In this document: in pieces, positions 53,682 through 64,000 of the stretch
Layout: each line of letters opens with the position of its first letter
Numbering within the stretch: position 1 is the stretch's first letter
Notes under the pieces: model-generated
What the model was told of the DNA's origin: nothing
Database searches by the model: none
The model's input: the letters and a program-made list of their open reading frames with translations, nothing else
Program-made: the position numbers and the translations under genes
NCBI GenBank assembly: GCA_964016885.1
Contig: OZ024756.1
Span: 38,502,001 to 38,566,000, forward strand
Source of the DNA: Eledone cirrhosa
Lineage: Eukaryota
DNA: 64,000 bases
Direction of reading: 5' to 3'

Positions 53682-54635
53682 GCAGAGCAGACCTCAGATC
53701 GCTGGAGCTCACAGAGGAGATCACAAAGGACCGTGACAAGTGGAGAGATGATGTGCTGAATAGGACCCATCTCACTCTTGCAAGCAGGGAGAAGCACGTA
53801 AAATGATGATGATGATGATGAAGGTATATATTGTAAACTTAATTCTTTAGTTGTTACAAATGTTACCAATCTGGTATCTATTATCACTACACTAGACAAA
53901 TATCTAAAGAGACCACATTACAAACTGACAGACTGACACACACAGACAGGCACATTGACAGATAGACCTAGCTAAAGCAAACACACAAACAATAGAGGAA
54001 CTCTATACTAATAAACAACACTAACCTCTACTACTACTGCTACTACTACTAACACTACTACTACCATCCCCCTTTTCATAAATTCAATTTAGTTACACCC
54101 TTATCTTGTTCCAGACACAACATATTTGTTTGTTATACAAATAGACAGAGGCATGGCTGTGTAGGTGAGAAGTTCATTTGGCAACCATGTGGTTTCAGGT
54201 TCTATCCCACTGTGTGGGACCTTGATAATCAAAGTATCTTCTGCTGTAGCCCTGGGTCAACCATGATGCCTTGCAACTGAACTAAACCCACAGCAACATG
54301 GTTGCAAACCAAATTTCTTAACTTTATAGTTATACCTGCATCTATGTGGGCATTTGCTATTATCAATGTACTACTTGGCCTCATGCCGTCAAAAATGACG
54401 GCTAATTGTAATATATATATACATAATATAAAAAAGAGATGTTTGTTTGTTGGTTGGTTGGTTGTTTAGTTCCTTTGCGTTCACTCACATAAGTGATACA
54501 AACACAGCTGTGACAAATCTTAGAACGCTGGACTTCTAAAGTTTCTCACCCCCTTCCTTCCTCAGTCGACGTCATCACCCCTTTCCTTCTTCAGTCATCT
54601 CTAGTGCGTGACTGACAAATACACATTGGCTTTTC

Positions 54636-55000
54636 ATGCTTTGATGCATAGGGCATAGAGTTACGGCCCTTGCCATTCTGAGTTCAAATCCCGCCGAGGT
54701 TAACTTTGCCTTTCATCCTTACGGGGTCGATAAAATAAAGTACCAGTAATACACTGAGTAATTGCTGGCCTTGTGCCTAACGTAGAAACAATTATATTAC
54801 TACAAAGGCGGTGGATTGGCAGTATCGGTAGAGAGTCGGACGCCATGCTTTCCAGCATAGTTACGTCCCTTTACGGTCTGAGTTCAAATCCCGCTGAGGT
54901 TAACTTTGCCTTTCCTCCTTACCGGGTCGATAAAATAAAGTACCAGTAATGTACTGGGTAATTGCTGGCCTTGTGGCAAAAGTAGAAACATTTATATTAC
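54636..55000 (+). mobile_element. Tandem pair of tRNA-derived SINEs (second copy, from ~54807, full-length)
   Basis: GGCGGTGGATTGGCAGTATCGGTA head, B box GAGTTCAAATCC; other copies at 25620-26020(-), 39490-39670(-), 55731-55908(-), 56346-56590(+) and 59041-59140(+). Confidence 0.88.
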
Positions 55001-56944
55001 TATTTATTTTTGTGAAATACATTTTATTATGGCTATTGTTGTTGCTGTTGATGGTGTTGTGTTTGGAGGTGTAGATGTTGGTGGCAATGTGTTATTCAAC
55101 AATACTGGTTTATAGTTATGTGTTATTAAAATAAGATAATGATTGTAGAACATCATGACATAAGAACAATGTGACATATCTCTATATTTATCATCATTTG
55201 AGAATGTGGTTTGTTAACTTTTGGAGTTGTACTTGTCTGGCATGTGACTTGATCTCAGACTGTTGAAACTACAGCAATTATATTGTAGAAGTCATTTTAG
55301 CCACAGTTGTACATGTCTGGCAAATGACTTGATTTCAGACTGTGTACTGTGTACGTTTTATCATGGCACCAACACTAAGGAGGTTGTTGATTTTTGATTC
55401 AAGTGAAGAGCCCTCGCAATCCTTTGCATATAAATTCCATTAAATTACATTGCCTGTGAATAGACTCACACACACACAAGCTATTATTTTATTTTACACC
55501 ACTTATTCCATAGAATCAACATGGCATGGAAGTACCGTCTATGTAAATAGCTAGACCTGCTCAGAAACAATAGAGAAATCTTCCTCAAATCAACATATTA
55601 TATAATAAAGTTGTTCTACATGGCTCTAAAAAGACAGGATGGTCATGGTTGAGGTCTAGTTTGATCTGGAAATTTGACCAGGGACTGGCTAAACAACAGT
55701 AGAAGTCTAACAGGACACACATTCAAGTAAATAATTGTTTCTACTTTTGGCACAAGGCCAGCAAATTACCCAGTACATTACTGGTACTTTATTTTATCGA
55801 CCCTCTAAGGATGAAAGGCATAGTTAACCTCGACGGGATTTGAACTCAGAATGGAAAGGGCCGTAACTCCATGCGTCAAAGCATGGCGTCCGACCCTCTG
55901 CCAATCCGTAAATAATAATAAAATTATTCAGAAGACAATACTACCATTCCTTGTTATCGATAGAGTAGCTAGAGGGCGGCGAGGGAAGCGGTCTGTCCTG
56001 GGCGGCACTTTGGGGTCTGCTGTAGGCTATAAGGGTTCTTTTCATGCTGCAGCATAATATTATAATTGTACACAGACTAGTTAATATATATAGAGGTTCG
56101 ATCGATACAGATCGAATCCTTGAGCTGATCAATAGCGAAACGCGCGTCACTACTCATAAAACGTAATCAAGACATAACAAATCGTCCTTTTTATTATATA
56201 TATATAAATTAATAAAAACAAAGATCCTTATATTAAAAAATTATATATATATATATATAACTTTAAGCGTGAGTCACTTAGCAATATGTATTTTTTGTGG
56301 GGTCCCGGGGGCGGCAAACTGAAGCTGCCCCTAACGACACACAAGGTCGGACGTCATGCTTTGCAGCACAGAGTTACGTCCCTTTATGATCTGAGTTCAA
56401 ATCCCGCCGAGGTTAACTTTGCTTTTCATCCTTACGGGGTCGATAAAATAAAGTACCAGTAATACACTGAAATAATTGCTGGCCTTGTGCCAAAAGTAGA
56501 AACAATTATTTATTCTGTGGTCAATTTAATCAACTTTCCTTTCCCTTCCAAATTGCTGGCCTTGTGCCTAAAGTAGAAACAATTATTATTTATTTCTTAC
56601 TCCTTTTATTATTCATTTATAAAATCATTTATTATTTTTTCCTCTATTTATTACATAAATAAATAAATCTATTCATTATATAAATATTTATTATTTTTTC
56701 CTCTCTATTATATAAATAAAGCGTTCCTGTTTGTAATGTCCCAACATAATTTAATGCAGGAATCTTTTGTTAAAGATACGCTACAAATATCATCTTAATG
56801 ATTAAATAATTTATAATTTTAGAAAATGCAGTTTATTTCATTGAAAAAAGAAAAAATTTGTAACAAAAGGCTTTAAAAATTGCAGAAAATAAAAGCTTTT
56901 GATGGTCCTCCGCGCCGGCGAACTTGTTGGCTATGGTGGTTGTA

Positions 56945-58215
56945 TTCCTACGTAGTAGCTCGGTCTGCTAGAAATAGTAGTCAGATATCACTCGATTCAC
57001 ACAATGCACTATACATGCATCTTTGACGAGTTGTAGTGCACCTGAGCACTTTACACAATAATTTCATTAAATTATATATTTTATGCTTTGTAGTGCTATA
57101 TAGGTCTAAAAAGACGGGATGGTCGTGACACGTGATGTTTAATGAAGAGCATATTGACCTGTGGTTAAACAACAACAATATCAGTAAGCATTACGGTAGT
57201 TACAAGCAAACGTCTCTCTCTCTCTCTCTACGTAGTAGCTCAGTTTGCTTGAAATAGCAACCAAATATCCCTCAAATTACACATATATATATTACATCTT
57301 GAAAAGGAAACATTATATAATGTAGTCCTGCATAGGTCCAGAAAGACATGGGATGTTGTTTAAAATCAAGAGGATTGGCCTGGGGTTAAACAACAACAAT
57401 ATCAGTAACTACTGTGGTAATTACATGCCAACATTTCTACGTAGCAGCTCTGTTTTCTTGAAATAGCAGCTAAATATCCCTCAAATTACACACATACACA
57501 CATATTACATGTTGAAAAGGACACATTATATAATATAGATGAATGATGATGGCTGAGGTATTGCTTGCGCAAGAGAATTGACCCCAACAACAACAACAAT
57601 AGCAGTAACTATTATGGTTGTTACATGCCAGCGTGTCTCTACGTAGTTGCTCGGTTTCCCAGAAATAGCAGCTAAATATCCCCTCAAAACACACTACGTC
57701 TCGGAAAGGGTACATAATATAATGTAGCCGTCCTACATAGCTAGAAATAGATATAATATAGTCATGGATGAGTAACTGCATGATCAGGAGGATTGACCCA
57801 GGGTTAAACAACAATAGCAGTAATTGAAGTGTTAGTTAAATGCCAACGTGTGAGGCTTTACTGTACGAGGTCGCTCCATCTGCTAGAAACAGCAGCTAAA
57901 TACCCCCTCAAATCACACACTACGTCTTGGAAAGGGAACATAATATAATGTAGTCGTAGTCGTCCGATTCTATATATCATACTATACATGCACCTTTGAT
58001 TAGTTGTAGTGCACCTGAGCACTGTACACAATGATTTTCATTATAATATTATTATTACATAGCTCGAAATAAATATGCTAGTCATGATGACCGAGGTATT
58101 ACATGATCAGGAGGACTGATCCCCTAAGGAGGGGGCGACTAAATATAATGATGATGACTAAGATATTGCATGATCGCGAGGAGTGACCCCTGGGGACTAA
58201 ACAACAACCACAACA
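56945..58215 (+). repeat. Degenerate tandem array of ~200-230-bp units ending GGGGTTAAACAACAACAA
   Basis: CTACGTAGTAGCTC..GAAATAGCAGCTAAATATCCCTCAAAT recurs near 56948, 57228, 57437, 57639 and 57865; solo copies at ~55540 and ~58690. Confidence 0.72.
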
Positions 58216-59248
58216 ATATCAAATAACAAACATGATTTATTAGAAAACCACCAGTTGTTGTGGTATGTGATTGACTAGGCGAGTCTTTATTTTCTAGATT
58301 TTCTTTTAAATATAAACTGTTTTTATAAATACTAAAAGAAAAAGAAAAGGATTTTAACACGAATTCTCGTAAATAATTATAAAATAAATATTTCAGACAC
58401 TACCACCATTCCCTGGCATGCTTTCACTCCATTTTTTTTTTAAATACTTTCTGACTCCTGTTCTATTGATTTATAAATCATTAGTATTTTCCACTATTCA
58501 TTATTTAAATTATATTTATGTCCTTGAATAAATTGCAGTAAATAATATTAAATACACACATATATGTATATATATATGGGAGGAGGTTATAGTTATATAT
58601 ATATATATATAAGTACCCTGATATATATATATGAGTCAGTGATCATCTGCGACAGCAAAAACTTCGTAAAGTTTATTGACGATGTTGCTTACGTGGTTAT
58701 TTTTGCTAGATATAGAAGCTAAATATCCCTGAAATTACACCCTAATGCCTTAGGGAGGAGATAGAGAGGAAGATTAAATAATGTAACACTAGTTATACGA
58801 AAAATAACGGTAGATGGTCACGGCTGGACCGTCCATCAATAATAAACTCTGCTTAATCACGATGATGTCTTGTATGGCTTCGCAGTAATAACAACAATTT
58901 ATGGTAAATTATTGCTGTTGTTATTATTTTTTTAAAAATTGATTTCAAATGTATTTGATGAAGGACAAAATTAATAATTGGCACTGTAATTACAATGAGA
59001 TTTAAAATAAATAGCAACTTTAAAACACATACATTATATATCTGAGTTCAAATCCCGCCGAGGTTAACTTTGTCTTTCATCCTTACGGGGACGATAAAAT
59101 AAAGTACCAGTAATGCACTGAATATTTGCTGGCTTTGTGCCAATTATATATATGTGTGTGTGTGCGTGTGTACAGGATGTACCCAAAATTGTATACACAC
59201 TTACAACCATTTAAATCAAAGTGTTTTGGGGACACCCTGTACACACAT

Positions 59249-59313
<65 letters not shown>

Positions 59314-59484
59314 TATGAATGATCAGGGCACTTACATATATATATATATTATAAAAGCCCTTTTTCTAAAAAAATGTTTTCTCCTTTTTTCAAAAAATAA
59401 CACTTTGTCGGATTAAAGAAGAAAAAAAAAAGATTCTTTAAATATACATTCGTGCTGTTACTATTCTTACTTTTTTTCTATATA

Positions 59485-59568
59485 TATAATTGCCTTGTCT
59501 GGTGAACGAATGCGGACGTTTCTTGTATTCGTCTTATTCGGGAAACCTCTGGTAATGAGGTAATTATA
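59485..59568 (+). ncRNA. Hammerhead-like motif (GAAACC-nnn-GGTA family), core mutated
   Basis: 14-bp stem I TATAATTGCCTTGT/ATGAGGTAATTATA (with GU); CTGgTGA; stem II CGAAT-GGACG/CGTCT-ATTCG; GAAA CC tct GG TA. Confidence 0.66.
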
Positions 59569-59588
59569 CTGTATTGTTTATTATACAT

Positions 59589-59683
<95 letters not shown>

Positions 59684-59770
59684 GAAGTAATTCCGTCGGA
59701 AAGATCCAGCAAAAAAAGAGTGCTCTTTGTAGGTTACAGAGCTTATAGTTATGTAATAAACATAAGATAA

Positions 59771-59835
59771 TTATTTCATTTACCAGTGGTTTCTTGAAAG
59801 CAGATATTTATGTTTTCAGTCGTCAGAATGAATAA
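59771..59835 (-). ncRNA. Type I hammerhead-like motif (GAAACC-nnn-GGTA family)
   Basis: TTATTCATT CTGACGA C TGAAAACA taaatatc TGCTTTCA A GAAA CC act GG TA AATGAAATAA. Confidence 0.7.
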
Positions 59836-60087
59836 AAACATATATACATATCTATATACACACAGCGGTATCCATCTCTAATGACTTGATTTTTTATTTC
59901 ATTGTTTTAACATATATATATATATGTATATAATTGTTATGATACCTTAAATTTGTATGTATATATATATATATAATATATACATATACAAATTTAAGGT
60001 ATCATAACAATTATATATATATATATATATGCACACATATAAATGTGTGTATGTATATGAATAAACTTTTTACTGTAGTCTACCAAC

Positions 60088-60157
60088 CTGTTCTGGTACG
60101 TTTAATAGCCGCAGGCACAGATCTATCTTTTTCCGTACTCTCCGTGTCTTCTTCCAT
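60088..60157 (-). CDS. Candidate first coding exon of the AMP deaminase gene (MEEDTESTEKDRSVPAAIKRTRT)
   Basis: ATG at 60157; 23 codons + 1 nt; donor CAG|GTTGGT. Phase 1 joins exon 48856 in frame (G|AT = Asp). Possible upstream acceptor near 60269 after a (CT)n tract. Confidence 0.55.
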
Positions 60158-60554
60158 AAGGCTTTAAATTGTTTGTCTTTGTATTGTATTTCTGTGTTAT
60201 CTACTTCTACTGCACAACTTGTATGTCTGTTAGTAGAAGTTGGAATAACTTAGAACAAGTAATAAGATCCTAAGTTTGGCAGAAGTAAGAGAGAGAGAGA
60301 GAGAGCGTGTGGTTGGCGGGAGGGAGAAGAAAGAAAAAAATACAAAAAAGAACGAAAAGATAAACATTGAACAAAGGGAGGGAAGCGGTAATGTATTTAT
60401 TTTTTCTGAGTTATTTCCCTTGTATAGGAAAAATTTCAATAGTATGCATATAATAATTGATATATATTATCGTATTTAATTTAAAATAATATGGCATAGA
60501 ACACTGTCAAACACAGCTAATGTGGTTTGGTAAATAAATATATTTATATACACC

Positions 60555-60870
60555 ATGTCCGAATTCAATGGAGCCAAACTCCCTTTGTCACTGCCTCCGT
60601 CTCTCCCCAACTCTTACTATTATTGCGCAAGAGTTCCAAAAAAAGGTACTTGACCAGATCGCTTCTTTTTAGTGCCGCGCATCGTCAAAACTCTGGTCTT
60701 CTAGGTCCCCGAACTGTCGTTTTTCTCCACAAAAATACGGGGAGAAGTGAATCTTGCTTAAGAAAGAAACCACGTGAGATAGAGAGGTTAATGCAGTGAG
60801 TTTCGCCATTGTCCACAGATATACTGCCATGACTGGTGTGTAGAATCTGCCCCCTCCCCTCGTCCCTCTA
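60555..60870. promoter_or_regulatory. CpG-enriched unique segment, possible promoter or non-coding first exon
   Basis: Locally GC/CpG-rich, non-repeat; CACGTG at 60771 and a C-rich box at ~60850; lies just upstream of the candidate first coding exon. Confidence 0.35.
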
Positions 60871-63800
60871 CTTTCATTATTATATTTTTAATTGGAAACG
60901 TTAAATAATTTAATCATAATTTGTTGAATAAAGATTTTCACTGCTTACGTAGATGGGGAAAAATGCGATAATTGTGAAGGCTTGTAGCATGTTAGGCTCA
61001 GAATCGTAAGGTTGTGACCTTGAGTAAGACATTTTATTTCATGTTGATCCAGTCCACTCAGCTGGAAGAAAATGAGTTGTAACAACAATGGTGCCAAGCT
61101 GTATCGGCCTTTGCATTACCTCTGGACAACATTGGTGGCATAGAGGGGACTGGCATGCATGGACGACTGCTGGTCTTCCACAGTATAGTATTAGTTTTTT
61201 GATTTAATTTAATTTTTAAAACTTCTCGCCCCCAACCCCACCCACTTATTATTTATATTGTTTATACAGCAGCAAGCCCTTCCTAATTCCAACTACTTAT
61301 CAAGTGTACTGAGTGCATTTTATCATGACACCAACACTAGAAAGGTTGTCATGTCCTTGATTTGATTGAAGAGTTCCCTTCTGGGATAGTTTCTACAGTT
61401 GGATGCCCTTCCTAACTCTATATATTTTCTACACTGATACCAACTTAACTGTGTATGCATATAAGGAGTACAATTTATAACACCAATACTAGTGAGGTTA
61501 TTTTGTCTCACTGAGAAAACCATTTAAATGTTGCTAGATACATACATCTACCTAAGTGTACAAGGGTGTTGTTGTATCTGTTATTTAAGTACATACATAG
61601 ATAAAAATGAATGAAATTTCTTTTTTTCTACCAACAATAGTTGAAGTAGCTTTTGTTTAGCTGAACAACAATGAATACCCTCCTTTAATTGTAAGTTATT
61701 GTGAGGGTTTGGTATGGTGGGGTTTCAAATTGATGGCCATTGTATATAATTGGTTTTAGTGTGAAAACAATTACACTATTCTTGTTGTTTTCTTAGTGTT
61801 TGTTGTCATCTAATTTTCCATTCTGTTGACTCTGAAATCTTGCCAAAAGCAAACATATAGATCAATATATATATATATATATATATATACATAAAAATAA
61901 CAGTTTCCAATCAACAAAATTTCACTCATGAGGCATTAGTTGATCTGAGGCTATTGTAGCGCAAGCCAATGCCCCAGCATGGCCATAGTCTAATGACTGA
62001 TACTAATCAAACAGTAGGGTTAAAATGATCGACTAAAGATCTTCAAGACAGTGCTCCAGCATGGCCTGAATGAAAAGAAAACAGTTAAAGAATAAGAAAC
62101 TAAGCAATCATAAGGCCCTAAATTCTTATCTTAAAGAAGAAAACAGAAAACCTTGGCCCAAATTCTAGCAAAGTTGCAATTGTAGGCACAAATAAGGTTA
62201 GTGTCTGGTATTGGTGACTGTGGTTTGGGAAGAAGGAAGGGGGAGGAGGGAAAAGGAATAAAAGAAAAAGAGAGAGAGAGGTGGTCAGAGACAAGGAAAA
62301 AGAAAACGAGAGATACAAGCAAAAGTGAGTGAAATTTGGGAAGAAAGTGTGAAAATATAGAAATAGAATTGGTTGCTGAGGTTACAGTGTTATTGGCAAA
62401 AGAATATAGAATCAGATTGTCTGTGAAGTTTACTGTTTCCACAGCTTCACAACCACCACCACCACATATGTCTGTGTCTCCCTCTCTCTCTTGTATATAT
62501 TTGTGTATGAACATGGAATTTCAACTGGTTTAAAAACACTCCTTCTACCCAAAAGTTTAGTGACATTCCATCCTTCCAAGATAACACAGATTTTATTTTT
62601 AAACATGATATCAGCAACTCTTTGGAGTTAAACTTTTCAGCTTCTTGCAGGAATTTCATTCATCTTCAACATCCTAGTTTGGTGGGCTGGCTGGAGGTTA
62701 AATATCTGTTTTTATTTTACTTTAAAAAAAATTTTTTTTTTAACAAGGTGCAGGCGTCGTTGTGTGGTTTCCTTCACAACCAGCCACATGGTTTCAGATT
62801 CAGTCTCAATGCATGGAACCTTAAAAAGTGTCATTTTACTTTGGTTTGACCAACCTGGTCAAAACTGCCTCTGGTTCTATGAAACTTCTTCACCCACTTA
62901 TTCTTGAAAGGGTCATGTGGGCAAAGTCCTCAAACATTCCTTCCAGTGGGTGGGTCCTGTCAGAAGCAACCGTCTCCAACTGATCCGGCTGGATCCCCAA
63001 GCTTATGGATGTTATCCAACCATCTTGCTTGGGGTCTTCTGTCGGTTGGTTTTCCCCATAAAATCTGTCCAGCGATTCTTTCCTCAGACATTCTAACCAC
63101 ATGTCCATAGTATCACAGCTGTGATCCCTCAATTCGGAGAAGTAGCGGCTCTACCTGGAGTGACTCTCTGATCTCCGAGCTACGCATGCTATCGAGTAAC
63201 GTTACTCCAAAGACTCTTCGAAGGAACCCCATTCTTTAAAGGGTTAAAGAAACAGATTAATGTAAAGGGTAGAAAAATTTTTAAAAAGCTTTGCTTTTTA
63301 TATAAATTTTATTAGAAAAGAAAAATATAAAACAAGAAATATAAATTTTAAAAAAAGGATTTATAAAATTAAAATTATTTGCCATAATTCATTTTTTCTC
63401 CATAAAATGTCTGAACTGAGTGAAATGAAACCATCAAAAGATATTTTTTTTCCCCTTTCTTTACATGAAAAACTGGTAGAAATTTTACTTTCAAAGATAT
63501 AATGGTTTCTAATTTAGGCACAAGGACTGCAATTTGGGAGTGATGGAGAAAGACGATTATATTGGCCCCCTATTATTTTGTTGGTATTTTATTTTATTGA
63601 CCACCACCAGAAGGATAAAAGCTAAAATTGACCTCAGCAGGATTTGAATTCAATACGTGAATAGTTGTGACAAATACCACAAAGCATTTTGTCCAACACT
63701 AACAATTCTGCCAATCTACTAATCTTAAAACATGATGATAATAATAACAACAATAATATAAAAAACATGACCAATAAAACAACACACCAACACAAACAAA

Positions 63801-64000
63801 AGAAAAACAGGCATTTACATACAAACCACAGACACTTAACCCTTTTGCATTTATATTACTCTACATTTACTATTGTATTTTCATGGTAAAGGCTTTACCT
63901 CACATGAATATCTCACATAATATCGAATCTACGAGATTTTGATATTATTTATTTTGAGAACAATACCTTAACATCAGTATGTGTGGCTGGTTACAGCTGG

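Noticed and set aside
56119-56156. GCT..AGC GAAA CGCGCG TC hammerhead
   Set aside because: Only the 3' half is recognisable; CTGANGA and the 5' strand of stem I are missing, so it is counted as a relic, not a feature.

Overview
AT-rich, repeat-saturated animal genomic DNA. The SINE, RTE and microsatellite landscape looks like an octopod cephalopod (inference from recognised repeat types, not verified). Almost all ORFs in the supplied track are artefacts of (TA)n, (GAT/GGT)n, (CA)n or minisatellite repeats. The window appears to be the 5' part of a large-intron, minus-strand AMP deaminase gene: one well-supported exon (48856-48643) and phase-compatible candidate exons at 60157-60088, 38316-38278 and 10937-10804. 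The introns carry a 5'-truncated, frameshifted CR1-group LINE, an RTE LINE with an uninterrupted APE-RT ORF and a PHD finger embedded in the RT, many RTE 3' fragments, a Penelope-like GIY-YIG fragment, a mariner relic, tRNA-derived SINEs, piggyBac- and Tc1/mariner-type MITEs, and several minisatellites including a 66 x 48 bp array. The most notable signal not shown by the ORF track is about ten type I hammerhead-ribozyme motifs, intact or decayed, from several sequence families. They sit in small non-coding, often fold-back elements inside (TA)n tracts. One is a 280-bp palindrome with a hammerhead on each strand, and several lie on the inferred pre-mRNA strand. All folds were worked out by eye and no activity has been tested.
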